Notes: a model not told the origin generated them from the sequence alone. Counted from the first letter of the stretch, positions 29,170-38,412 are shown. The stretch is DNA of 64,000 nt from a candidate division FCPU426 bacterium (GCA_963796105.1 CAWCKJ010000007.1:96001-160000); one strand, 5' to 3'. A program made the numbers and translations.

Positions 29170-29952
29170 TCAAGGAACAATTGGGTAAACCCAACCCACA
29201 CCACCAATTTTCATAGTGTACTCATCTTCCAAAAAAATGGCGAGGCCGGTGAAGCTCTTTTTCCATTCAGGCTCCAAGGAAACGGTAGTTTTAATCCATT
29301 CTGCTTTTTTCAAGGAAACACTCCTTATTCCAACAACCGAGCGAACTACAAAATTTTCGGTCAAGTCCCTGCCTTTGTTTTCTCCACTTTCAACATGGGT
29401 TATTAAATTATTTTCGAAAACAGCCATCATGACTTTCCAGGGCCCGCCCGTTTGCGATCCGGCTAAAGGCTGGAGCTTAATCTTGAGGGCCATTCCTCCC
29501 GTGACCGGCGAAACAGCGACGACCACCCGAGCCGATGCCTTGAGGTTGTCCGGCTCCTCGATTTCCCGGTGGGCTCTGGCGCCATCCGAAGCGACGAAAC
29601 CTGAGCGTCCCGAAACAACCATTTCAGGGGTATAAAGTGAGGAGGAACTCAAAGCGGAAGAATATTGACGCTGACGTTCCGTGAAAAATGACGAGGAGAA
29701 GGGATCTTTCCATCCCAGGTAATCCCAGTAATCCACGTGGAAGGCGAGCGGCAGGGCTTTACCGGCGCGGAAAAGTTCCATTCCCCAGCCGTTGACAAGG
29801 TCTCCCGCCGGAGGGCAACTGGAACAGCCTTGGGAAACAAACAATTGGATCAAGAGTGGCTGTTCGGGAATTGGACGGGACTGTCCATGGGCCGGAATCA
29901 GCAAAGACAGCCCCATCAATACTAGCGACGCTTTGAAATATTTAAAAACCAT
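29170..29952 (-). CDS. DUF1223-like exported thioredoxin-fold protein
   Basis: LF.SQGCSSCPPA, FHVDYWDYLGWKDPF, YTPE, GEN.G motifs; start uncertain (29952 or 30048). Confidence 0.88.
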   Translation of the reverse strand: MVFKYFKASLVLMGLSLLIPAHGQSRPIPEQPLLIQLFVSQGCSSCPPAGDLVNGWGMELFRAGKALPLAFHVDYWDYLGWKDPFSSSFFTERQRQYSSALSSSSLYTPEMVVSGRSGFVASDGARAHREIEEPDNLKASARVVVAVSPVTGGMALKIKLQPLAGSQTGGPWKVMMAVFENNLITHVESGENKGRDLTENFVVRSVVGIRSVSLKKAEWIKTTVSLEPEWKKSFTGLAIFLEDEYTMKIGGVGWVYPIVP

Positions 29953-30134
29953 GCTTTTCTTTGACACCACTTTAAAAGAGTCGCCATTAAAGGTTATTGG
30001 CGGGGATAAGGCAAGGCCCGAAGAACCCGCTAAATGATTTAGATTCACGTTTTTTCCAATTTATCTTTCAGTAGCGAAATACCCTTGTGGCTTTGTTTAA
30101 GTTACTGATTTTTGATTAATATTTGAAATGTTCA

Positions 30135-30163
30135 TTGTCCACGACGGGTCCCCGTCATGGACA
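30135..30163. repeat. Hairpin repeat R3
   Basis: TTGTCCACGACGGGTCCCCGTCATGGACA. Confidence 0.92.
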
Positions 30164-30176
30164 GCTTTAAAGCCAT

Positions 30177-30764
30177 TCAAGGAAGAATACTTAGTCCCGC
30201 CACAATAGGAATATATTCCTCGGTATCCCCGCTAAGAAAAATAATGTCCATTCCTACCATGCAATAAACGGCCAATCCCTGGGAAAGCGATACTTCCAAA
30301 CCGATACCGCCCAAGGCCATGGGACAAGTATCGGAAATATGGTTGTCGAAGGAGTAAGGCATGCCAAACGACATACCCTTTTCCCTTGAATTGTCGGAAT
30401 AAAATGAAAAACCGCCCCCGGCCTCAATAACGATATGAAGCGGATCATTCCCAAAGCGCTTCTTGCAAACGAGCGATTCATTCAAGATTGTTTTCCCGCC
30501 GCCCAATGAAAAAACAGTCTGGTCAGGGCCGGAATTAGGGGGTTGATAGGCGATTGAATAATAAGCGGTCTGCTCGCCCAGGGTAAATTGATCGCCAATT
30601 GGAAGGCCGAGAAAAAGGCCCGTCCCCCAGCCCAGGGCATCAACGTCACTGCCTGTGGTGGCCACACCCCCAAAAGGTGAAATTTCAATATTTGAGATAT
30701 CGCCCTTGGCCCATACTGTTGATGTGGCAAACACAATAGAAATTAAAATGAATAATATTTTCAT
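30177..30764 (-). CDS. Putative small outer-membrane beta-barrel protein
   Basis: Signal peptide; alternating Gly/hydrophobic strands; AAGGAG RBS. Confidence 0.65.
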   Translation of the reverse strand: MKILFILISIVFATSTVWAKGDISNIEISPFGGVATTGSDVDALGWGTGLFLGLPIGDQFTLGEQTAYYSIAYQPPNSGPDQTVFSLGGGKTILNESLVCKKRFGNDPLHIVIEAGGGFSFYSDNSREKGMSFGMPYSFDNHISDTCPMALGGIGLEVSLSQGLAVYCMVGMDIIFLSGDTEEYIPIVAGLSILP

Positions 30765-30792
30765 TTTTTCTCCTTAATAAAACTATTTATCA

Positions 30793-30817
30793 TCCAATCT
30801 GGGTTCCCGTCGTGGAC
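30793..30817. repeat. Hairpin repeat R4 (left arm degenerate)
   Basis: TCCAATCTGGGTTCCCGTCGTGGAC, directly against the stop codon at 30818. Confidence 0.8.
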
Positions 30818-31906
30818 TTATTTTGTAATCGACCCCGCAGTCGCTTCCTCCACAAAAAGCCTAGATGCGGGAGCCAGATTGGTTCCTGAGAAAGTGGCCT
30901 GATTTAAGATGGTTGTCTGGACGTTATATAGGGTCGAACCGGTGGCCACCGGATAAGCCGCCGAAAGATCCGCCGGGGAGTTTATATCGGGCCCAATGGA
31001 AGTATAGGAATCATACGTGGTCACCGGCCCTCCGGTTTGTTGAATAACAACAATCCCATCCGAATTCCCCTCGTAGGTCCAAGTGATGGCCGTACCTGCC
31101 GCGTTGGCCGTAAGGCCGCCAGGGGCGCTGACCGATGCCGAGGTGACGGTTCCCAGGGAAGTGCTGACCGACATCGAGTAACTTCCCGCGAGCTGATATG
31201 TCACGGCCGTGGAGTAAGAATACCAAGCCATTCCGTTGTAATTCGTTAAGTATGGAAGCGTCAAGGGGCCGCTTGGAGTGTTTAAAACCACCGAATCCGT
31301 GGTTTCCGGCAAACCGTTGACGGTAATCCATGCAAAAGGTGTCATACTCAATGTTCCATCCCCCCAAGCGTAGCCCTGGACATAGATACCCGGTGGAAAT
31401 GTGGCTGTTGGTGTCGATGTTGCTGTAGCTGGAACCGTATTGGTGATAGTTGGGCTGTTGGTGGGCGTCCTCGTGGGGGTTTTGGTCGTGGTATTTGTTG
31501 GGGTATAAGTAATGGTAGGAGTTCCTGTTGGCGTAGCCGTAGGGGTTATGGTAGCTGTATTCGTCTGGGTAGACGTGGCCGTTTTCGTCGGGGTGGAAGT
31601 GATTGTCGGCGTGACTGTGTTCGTGGGGCTGTTGGTCGGGGTAGAAGTCGATGTAACCGTTGGTGTGGAAGAAGCTGTTGAGGTGGCCGTCGATGTGGGG
31701 GTGGAAGTGGAGGTGCCGGTTTGCGTACAAGTCGAGGGATAGCAGACACTGGTGGATGTAAGGGTCATAGTCGGTGTATCGGTAGCGGTAGCTTTTTTAG
31801 CCGGGGGGTTTGTGGGGTTATTAGAGTTGCTGCAGGCGATCGGGAAAAGTCCCAAGAAAAAAAGAAGGATTAAACCTAAACCCAAAAGGAAAAATGATCG
31901 GCGCAT
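30818..31906 (-). CDS. Lipoprotein with long Thr/Pro stalk
   Basis: PIAC lipobox then SNSNNPTNPP; TPT repeats; GGAGG before ATG 31906. Confidence 0.8.
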   Translation of the reverse strand: MRRSFFLLGLGLILLFFLGLFPIACSNSNNPTNPPAKKATATDTPTMTLTSTSVCYPSTCTQTGTSTSTPTSTATSTASSTPTVTSTSTPTNSPTNTVTPTITSTPTKTATSTQTNTATITPTATPTGTPTITYTPTNTTTKTPTRTPTNSPTITNTVPATATSTPTATFPPGIYVQGYAWGDGTLSMTPFAWITVNGLPETTDSVVLNTPSGPLTLPYLTNYNGMAWYSYSTAVTYQLAGSYSMSVSTSLGTVTSASVSAPGGLTANAAGTAITWTYEGNSDGIVVIQQTGGPVTTYDSYTSIGPDINSPADLSAAYPVATGSTLYNVQTTILNQATFSGTNLAPASRLFVEEATAGSITK

Positions 31907-32009
31907 TGATGCCTCCCGCAAAAGATTCTATAAAGACCTTGAAATAGATTACCACTCCAACGGAAATCGAGGGGTTGGTTTTTCAAGGCCAAATAATCCA
32001 TGATTTATC

Positions 32010-32037
32010 GTCCACGAAGGGTCCCCGTCATGGACAA
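32010..32037. repeat. Hairpin repeat R5
   Basis: GTCCACGAAGGGTCCCCGTCATGGACAA. Confidence 0.92.
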
Positions 32038-32055
32038 GTGCATTCATCCTAAAGT

Positions 32056-32487
32056 TTATATTCCATTAAGTTCTTTCGTATTATCGCTGAAGTAAATACT
32101 GACCAGAACCCAATCAGTCGACACACGGTAATAATAAAAATTCCAAACCAATGGTAACTTCTCAGTTTTTAATAAATAAATTTCTCGAACAACCGAAGTC
32201 CCATAAATTTTCTGAGTTACAAAATCAAAACCTAAAACTTTTCCATAAAGGTTAATTCCCGTTGTGGTTTCCTTTTTTAAAGCGGCAATGTCTTGTGGCT
32301 TGTCCGTTAATGCAGTTGATCCTTGAAATATTTGATCGTAAGCGTTGTCGACTTGCCCAACCAGGAGAAGATTCAAAAAAGCTTCCGATTTTTCTTTCGG
32401 AATATTTCTGGTGGTTTGTTGTGAAAACCCAGTTGAAGCAATTAAAAAGACAGCGCTGATAATGCTGATTTTTATTATTCCTTGCAT
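32056..32487 (-). CDS. Hypothetical exported protein
   Basis: AGGAGG RBS, signal peptide, 143 aa. Confidence 0.75.
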   Translation of the reverse strand: MQGIIKISIISAVFLIASTGFSQQTTRNIPKEKSEAFLNLLLVGQVDNAYDQIFQGSTALTDKPQDIAALKKETTTGINLYGKVLGFDFVTQKIYGTSVVREIYLLKTEKLPLVWNFYYYRVSTDWVLVSIYFSDNTKELNGI

Positions 32488-32610
32488 GGTTCCTCCTAAG
32501 ATATTTGATATTCTTAATCTATTAAGACCAAAGTTTCCTTCGCGTTCTTCGACTCGTGCAATCCCTCACCATCTTCGCCGGTTAACGATGCATTTTATCT
32601 CTTTGGGTTA

Positions 32611-32654
32611 AAAAGGGTTGTTCCTTACGGGTCCCCGTAAGGAACAACCCTTTT
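32611..32654. repeat. Hairpin repeat R6 (variant stem with compensatory changes)
   Basis: AAAAGGGTTGTTCCTTACG GGTCCC CGTAAGGAACAACCCTTTT. Confidence 0.8.
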
Positions 32655-32658
32655 CTCC

Positions 32659-33753
32659 TTATCCGCCGATAAGACGCCGATATTCTGCCGATAAAACGTA
32701 GTAGGCGTCCCGCTTTCCTGATCCTTGTTTCTCAATCAATCCTATCTTCACCCATTTGGTTAATAAGTCCCTTGCGGCGCGTTCTTTGATGTTAAACAGG
32801 GTACAAAGGTTTTTTGTCCTGAGCTGCAAATTCTTTCCAAAGTAAGTAAGCGCACGCCTTTCTCGCGGGCCGATCACTTGCAAGAGTTTAATGTCCTGGG
32901 TGCTTTGCGGGGCTTGGCGATTTTTAGCGGCGGCCAAGGCCTTTTCCTTGACCCTCTCAAAAATGATAGCGGCACCGTTGAGGAAGTATTCCAACCATAG
33001 GGTAATATCCGGGTTGGGGTTGTCGTAATAATGGACGCCTTGGCAATGGTGCAGGTTGTTGTAATAGCCTTTTAAATCCTCCGCGTAATATTCCTCCAGT
33101 GAATAGAAGCGCTTCAAGCTGTACCCCGCCCGGTAAAGCATAAGGGTGGCAAGCGCCCTGGCGGTCCGCCCGTTGCCGTCCATGAAAGGGTGGATGGTGA
33201 CGAATTGATAATGCGCCACACCCGCCTTAAGAATGGGGTGGGTTTCTTTGTCGCCGTTGAGCCAAGCCGCGAATGATTTCATGAGGGGGGGAACCTCCTT
33301 GGCTTCGGGGGGGAAATAGACCGCCTTTCTTATAGCCGAATCATAAATGGCATTTTGGGAATCCCGGTACTCCCCCCGGAGCTTTCCCTTCACGATCCCT
33401 TTCTGGACGATCGAATGGATTTCCTTAATGAGGACTTCCGTCACCGGTTTTTGGGTTTTGGAATGCCGATAAACGAGGTCAAGGCAGTCGTAATAGTTCA
33501 TCGCCTCCCGCTTGTCGATTTCACGGGCGATTACCGTTTTGCCCTCTAATAGTTCCTTGGTTTGCTTCAAGGTGAGGCGGTTTCCCTCGATCTTCGTGGA
33601 GTAATGGGTCATCCTCGCCGAGGCCTCTTGGCGGAAATCGCGCTCAAGGTCGAAAGGCAGGTCCAGGGCCCCGACGATCTCACGAGCCGCTTCCATTTTC
33701 CCCAGGAGCTTTAGCATGGGGGAAGTCACCCGAAACACAGGTTGATAAGCCAT
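32659..33753 (-). CDS. Fic-domain protein with N-terminal inhibitory motif and C-terminal wHTH
   Basis: HPFMDGNGRTAR catalytic motif; STKIEGN inhibitory motif. Confidence 0.92.
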   Translation of the reverse strand: MAYQPVFRVTSPMLKLLGKMEAAREIVGALDLPFDLERDFRQEASARMTHYSTKIEGNRLTLKQTKELLEGKTVIAREIDKREAMNYYDCLDLVYRHSKTQKPVTEVLIKEIHSIVQKGIVKGKLRGEYRDSQNAIYDSAIRKAVYFPPEAKEVPPLMKSFAAWLNGDKETHPILKAGVAHYQFVTIHPFMDGNGRTARALATLMLYRAGYSLKRFYSLEEYYAEDLKGYYNNLHHCQGVHYYDNPNPDITLWLEYFLNGAAIIFERVKEKALAAAKNRQAPQSTQDIKLLQVIGPRERRALTYFGKNLQLRTKNLCTLFNIKERAARDLLTKWVKIGLIEKQGSGKRDAYYVLSAEYRRLIGG

Positions 33754-33947
33754 GAATCCTCCGCCGTATATCTGCCGTTAAACTGCCGATAAATTATACC
33801 TGAAAATTCCCTTGCCTGGATACCGCCCGCCAGTCTTCCCTCATATTTGAACCAATTATGAATGCCCACTCTTTTGCCATTTCTTCCATGGGGTTTCAAT
33901 GATGGTTTCGGGACATAGCCCCGGGGAAAGGTCAGGCGTAAAAAGTA

Positions 33948-33978
33948 TTGTCCCTTCAGGGATACCCCGCCGCGGACA
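33948..33978. repeat. Hairpin repeat R7 (degenerate)
   Basis: TTGTCCCTTCAGGGATACCCCGCCGCGGACA. Confidence 0.5.
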
Positions 33979-34050
33979 TTTCAGTCAATTCAAAATTTAA
34001 AACTCAAAATTCATAATTGGCGTTCTTCACTCCCCATTCCGGACACCCAT

Positions 34051-34482
34051 TCACTTGATTTTCTTAAATAAAAAATACCTTGTGCTTCCCTTGGGGAATG
34101 GTTTTAAAGAGGCAAATCTTTGAAATCCCGCCTTCCGGTAGAAATCCGGAGCCTGAAAACTGAAGGTGTCCAAGTGGACATACTTACAGCCCCTTTTTTC
34201 GGCTATCTTTTCAGCTTGATGGAGCAATTGAGTGCCGACGCCCTGGTTCCGGTGTTTTTCATCCACCCACAACATCTTCACGAATAGCCAACCCCAATAG
34301 GTCCCGCTGGCCAAACCTCCCACTATTTTTCCCTCGGAATCCACGGCCTTCAGATCCAGTTCCCGCCAATTGAAGCGGCCGATTTTTTTACCATTATATG
34401 AATTGAGCTTATGTCCGATGAAATCCCGGAACCCTTTGTCCGATGCCGGAACGGACTTAATGGAATTTGGAGTTTTGGTCAT
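34051..34482 (-). CDS. GNAT acetyltransferase
   Basis: LWVDEKHRNQGVGTQLL; LDTFSFQAPDFY. Confidence 0.9.
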   Translation of the reverse strand: MTKTPNSIKSVPASDKGFRDFIGHKLNSYNGKKIGRFNWRELDLKAVDSEGKIVGGLASGTYWGWLFVKMLWVDEKHRNQGVGTQLLHQAEKIAEKRGCKYVHLDTFSFQAPDFYRKAGFQRFASLKPFPKGSTRYFLFKKIK

Positions 34483-34749
34483 ATAAGTCCTTTAACACTT
34501 TAAAAAGCCATTCATCAAATGAGTTATCTAATGCCCCTTCACAAAGGCAGGCGGCTTGGTGTTCCCCTTGGCGAATTATTTTAGAACCGCACCTTCACAT
34601 TGTATTACTTTAAACCTTCTCTTCCACTCTGGATGAAAGCCCTTTTCTTAAACCGGATATGGCAACTGGTACTTATCTAAACAAGATTATTTGTTTTGCT
34701 ATTAGCATGAAATGAAATTAAATTGCGGTGAGATAAAAGGAGATTACCA

Positions 34750-36282
34750 ATGTCATTCAGAAACTCTCAATCCGTTTTCATGCTCGGTTTCGCGCTGCTT
34801 TTCCTTGTCTTTATTCCCACCAACCTCTCCGCCCAGGCCCCCCCGGCGAATGCCTCTGCCCTGGAAAACGCTAGTTCTGTTGAGGTAGTCCGCCAAATGG
34901 GGCTGGGGTGGAACCTCGGCAATACCTTGGAGGCCTGCGGGGCTTGGATCAAGGGCCCCTCGGTCAGCAGTTTTGAGACAGCCTGGGGCAATCCCCAAAC
35001 CACCAAGGAGATGATCGACGCGATCAAGGCGGCAGGGTTTAAATCCGTCCGGATTCCCGTGGCTTGGTCGAACATGATGGGGGACGATTATGAGATCAGT
35101 CCCATGCTAATGGACCGGGTCAAAGAGGTTGTCAATTACGTCCTCAATGACGGGATGATCGCGGTGGTCAACATCCACTGGGATGGCGGCTGGTGGTCCA
35201 AGTTCCCGACGGAATACGACGAATCCATGAAACGTTACAAAAAGATGTGGTCGCAGATAGCCGAAACTTTCAAGGATTATCCCTGCTCGCTGATCTTTGA
35301 GTCCTTGAACGAGGAAGGCTGTTTCAACGACGTTTGGAACCGCTGGGGTAAACCGGAACCCGTAAAGAAGCTGAAGGCCTTTGGCATTCTCAACAACATC
35401 AACCAGGCCTTCGTCGATCTCGTGAGGAAATCAGGCGGCCTGAACTCGAAACGCCACCTCCTGATCGCGGGATACGCGACGGATATCGACCTTACGGTGG
35501 ACCCGGATTTCGTGATGCCGAAGGATCCGGAGAACCATTTAATCGTCTCAGTGCATTATTACACCCCCTACACCTTCGCGGGATTGGACCATGACGAATC
35601 CTGGGGAAAGGCCCGCCCGACCTGGGGGACGAAAGAGGATTTCGCCGAACTGGAAACGAACATGCAGAAGCTGAAGCCCCGCTTCCTCGACCAGGGCATC
35701 CCAGTCATCGTGGGCGAATACGGAGCCACCCTCAAGACCAAGGAGATAGAAAGCGTCCGCCGTTACATATTGGCGGTCGCAGGGAAGGTCTATGGGATGG
35801 GGATGTGTCCGATGTTTTGGGACCCGGGGGCGCATTTCAACCGGCGGACCCTGGTATTCAACGATCCCGACCTCCTGGATGGGTTCCAGAGAATCATGAG
35901 CGGCGAGAAAGTTGACGAGGTGGGAAATAACCCGACGCCGGAGGCGGCAGCCTCTTTTTCATCTTCCATTCCGGAGGATATCTTGCAGCAAGCTAGGAAA
36001 AACGCCGATTCCCCCGAGGGAATAAATTACGAGAAACAGTTTTCCGGGTCGGTTGGAGAGGACTTGGGGGGATACATGCGAGTCTGCACCAGGGATACCC
36101 CTCAAGCGAAGGATTTTTTAATCGTGTTGAAGATCGAGAGGAACGGAAAGGTTTCCGGGGTTTACGCTGGCCAGGACGACCCCATCGCCGGCTGTGTGGC
36201 GCGCAAATTGGCGGATGAGAAATGCCCCCGCCCGCCCCTCGGGCCTTACTATGAACTCATTGACATGAAGTTGAAGGAATAA
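34750..36282 (+). CDS. Secreted GH5 endoglucanase-like enzyme with an extra C-terminal domain
   Basis: MGLGWNLGNTLEA, WGNP, VRIPVAW, NIHWD, ESLNE, HYYTP, VGEYG. Confidence 0.9.
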   Translation: MSFRNSQSVFMLGFALLFLVFIPTNLSAQAPPANASALENASSVEVVRQMGLGWNLGNTLEACGAWIKGPSVSSFETAWGNPQTTKEMIDAIKAAGFKSVRIPVAWSNMMGDDYEISPMLMDRVKEVVNYVLNDGMIAVVNIHWDGGWWSKFPTEYDESMKRYKKMWSQIAETFKDYPCSLIFESLNEEGCFNDVWNRWGKPEPVKKLKAFGILNNINQAFVDLVRKSGGLNSKRHLLIAGYATDIDLTVDPDFVMPKDPENHLIVSVHYYTPYTFAGLDHDESWGKARPTWGTKEDFAELETNMQKLKPRFLDQGIPVIVGEYGATLKTKEIESVRRYILAVAGKVYGMGMCPMFWDPGAHFNRRTLVFNDPDLLDGFQRIMSGEKVDEVGNNPTPEAAASFSSSIPEDILQQARKNADSPEGINYEKQFSGSVGEDLGGYMRVCTRDTPQAKDFLIVLKIERNGKVSGVYAGQDDPIAGCVARKLADEKCPRPPLGPYYELIDMKLKE

Positions 36283-36328
36283 ATTTTTCCGTCGCCTATC
36301 TCATCGGGCCGCAGTCAACGATCAGATT

Positions 36329-36475
36329 TTAGGGAACCTCAAAATATTCATTTAGACCCTCGCCCCTTGAGGGAGAGGGTAGGGTGAGGGGTGTTTATTC
36401 AAGACAATTTCACCCTCAACCCATCCTTCTCCCCTCTAGGGAGAAGGAGAACGGCAATTTTTAGAGGTGCCCTTA
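36329..36475. repeat. MITE-like unit: imperfect 20-bp inverted ends around two C/G-rich hairpins
   Basis: TTAGGGAACCTCAAAATATT / AATTTTTAGAGGTGCCCTTA; internal CCCTCGCCCCTTGAGGGAGAGGG and CCTTCTCCCCTCTAGGGAGAAGG. Confidence 0.6.
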
Positions 36476-36511
36476 AGCTATTTCAGCCTGAGCCTGTATC
36501 GAAATTTATTC

Positions 36512-37450
36512 CTAATGAGCTCGTTTCAGTTCCTTCAATAAACAAAAACGCAAGTGGCCTTTGGGAAAATCCTTGTACCGCACGAATGGACGGTAACCCA
36601 TGCGTCCAAAAAAGAAAGGCGCCTGAAAATCGTAAGCCCTGGTGGACGTGTAAGCGCATCCCCTGCGCCGGGCCTCCGTTTCGGCCATTCTAAGTATTTT
36701 CTCGCCGAGTCCCTTCCTCCGTGAGCGGCCCTCAATCCAAATCTGGTTGAATTGAAACCAATTCCACCATGTATATCCGATGATGCCTCCAACCAGGCGG
36801 CCTTTCTGGTCCCTGGCTTCAATCCCGAGCCTTTTCAACCCGAGGGGTCCAGTTACTCTCCGAATAAAGGCGTTCATTCTCATAACGATGGCCTTTAATA
36901 ACCTGCCATATTTCTTGGGTGAGCCTGAAAAAACCTCGATCGAGACCCCAGCCGCTTTAGCCATGACTTCCCTGCTGGATTTTCCGGTCGGAGCCCCTGT
37001 CAGATGTTTGGTGAAATAATAGCCTTTCAATTTGCGGTAAAACCTCTGTCGGCCGATACAACGGTATCCGAACTTCGGGTAATAATCTGGAGCCTGGCCG
37101 TCCCCCGTCTCAACGGCAGACCACCGGCAACCCCGCTTCAACGCCATGGCCTCAATCCGCCGCATGAATTCACTTCCCAGACCGCAACGCCTGTATTTCC
37201 GGTCGATCCAGAGCATTTCGATGATAAGCCAACCCCGAACCGTGACGGCGAACAATCCCCCCGCCAGGTGTCCTTTGGGGCCGCGGGCCAGGAGCGCAAG
37301 GTGCTTTAAATGGGTCGGTCCCAGAACGCGGCTTTGAACGGCCGAAACTTTTTGGCCGAGAACCTTTTCCAGTTTTTCGAATTTTTTCTTGGAGGAGTGG
37401 ATGAAATTCATCCGAAGGTTACCGATGGGTATCTCCATACACTTAATCAT
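36512..37450 (-). CDS. Tandem (two-domain) GNAT acetyltransferase
   Basis: Two W.....RR.GLG...QAP motif sets, each similar to 34051-34482. Confidence 0.85.
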   Translation of the reverse strand: MIKCMEIPIGNLRMNFIHSSKKKFEKLEKVLGQKVSAVQSRVLGPTHLKHLALLARGPKGHLAGGLFAVTVRGWLIIEMLWIDRKYRRCGLGSEFMRRIEAMALKRGCRWSAVETGDGQAPDYYPKFGYRCIGRQRFYRKLKGYYFTKHLTGAPTGKSSREVMAKAAGVSIEVFSGSPKKYGRLLKAIVMRMNAFIRRVTGPLGLKRLGIEARDQKGRLVGGIIGYTWWNWFQFNQIWIEGRSRRKGLGEKILRMAETEARRRGCAYTSTRAYDFQAPFFFGRMGYRPFVRYKDFPKGHLRFCLLKELKRAH

Positions 37451-37664
37451 TAATCCAATGTCTGATATGACTCCAAGGGAAACGTCGGTGAGACTTTCAA
37501 GATGACCGCAGTGAGGGTTGTGAAATTTACCATCGAGCCCAAGAGCACCAACGGAGGTTACCTGGTTTTAGAAGCTGACGATACGGAAGCCATACCGCCT
37601 ATTAACTTCAACCCCAAAAAATAGGGCACTTAAAGAAAACCTTCTACACTTTTTGAATTTCACC

Positions 37665-37693
37665 TTGTTTCTGCATGCACATGCATGTAATAT
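37665..37693 (+). promoter_or_regulatory. Candidate vapBC promoter with a near-palindromic spacer
   Basis: TTGTTT-N17-TAATAT; spacer CTGCATGCACATGCATG. Confidence 0.45.
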
Positions 37694-37710
37694 ATCAGCC
37701 GGAGGTTTTT

Positions 37711-37950
37711 ATGCGGACAACGATTGAAATAAAAGACAAGTTAAGGGCGGAACTTCTAAAGCGGGCGGCCCACCAGGGGGCCAAAGGTTTTTCCCATATT
37801 ATCGAGGAAGCTTTGGAGTCTTTTTTTGGTATTGACGATAAAACTAACGACGCGCGGAAAAAGGCCCTAAGTTTGAGAGGTAGTTTGGGGAAGCAGGATT
37901 CCGAGAAACTACGAGTGGAAACCGGGAAGATCCGAGATTCCTGGCGGTGA
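37711..37950 (+). CDS. VapB-like antitoxin
   Basis: GGAGG RBS; MRTTIEI.D.L start; stop overlaps the PIN gene start (GTGA). Confidence 0.8.
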   Translation: MRTTIEIKDKLRAELLKRAAHQGAKGFSHIIEEALESFFGIDDKTNDARKKALSLRGSLGKQDSEKLRVETGKIRDSWR

Positions 37951-38330
37951 TCATCGCCGACACGGATGTTCTCATTGATTTTTTAGCGGGCAAAGACCCT
38001 GGCGCCGGCCGTGTCGAGGAAGAATTAATAAAAGGCACCCTCTATACGACCGTCATTACGCGGTTTGAAATGCTTTCCGGTTCTAAAAGCGTAAAACAAA
38101 TAGAAAATGTCCAGCAACTATTAACAGCTCTCAAATTTCTCCCCCTGGATGTTTCAGCATCGGATCGGGCAGCGGAAATCCGTCGGAATTTAGACCAAAA
38201 GAGCCACGGCATCGGCATGGCGGACAGCTTGATCGCGGGTATTGTGATGGAACACAGGGCAAACCTGCTAACAAGAGACGAGCGTCATTTCAACAGGGTT
38301 CAAGGGCTTAAGTTAAGCCATTGGGATTAA
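37947..38330 (+). CDS. vapC: VapC/PIN-domain toxin
   Basis: DTDVLIDFL, FE...G, DSLIAG, LLTRDERHF. Confidence 0.9.
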   Translation: MIIADTDVLIDFLAGKDPGAGRVEEELIKGTLYTTVITRFEMLSGSKSVKQIENVQQLLTALKFLPLDVSASDRAAEIRRNLDQKSHGIGMADSLIAGIVMEHRANLLTRDERHFNRVQGLKLSHWD

Positions 38331-38412
38331 CCCAAGTCCTAAAAAAGCAAAATACTTCTTCTGACTGCTTTCTTAAACAAGAGATTATTTTAGGCTTTCG
38401 CGGGATTTTGTT

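Noticed and set aside
22495..33978. Classical integron attC sites
   Set aside because: No RYYYAAC/GTTRRRY ends, the sites are too short, and no intI gene is in the window.
37481..37624. Possible gene tail (…MTAVRVVKFTIEPK…NPKK*) upstream of vapB
   Set aside because: Under 50 codons with no recognisable family.
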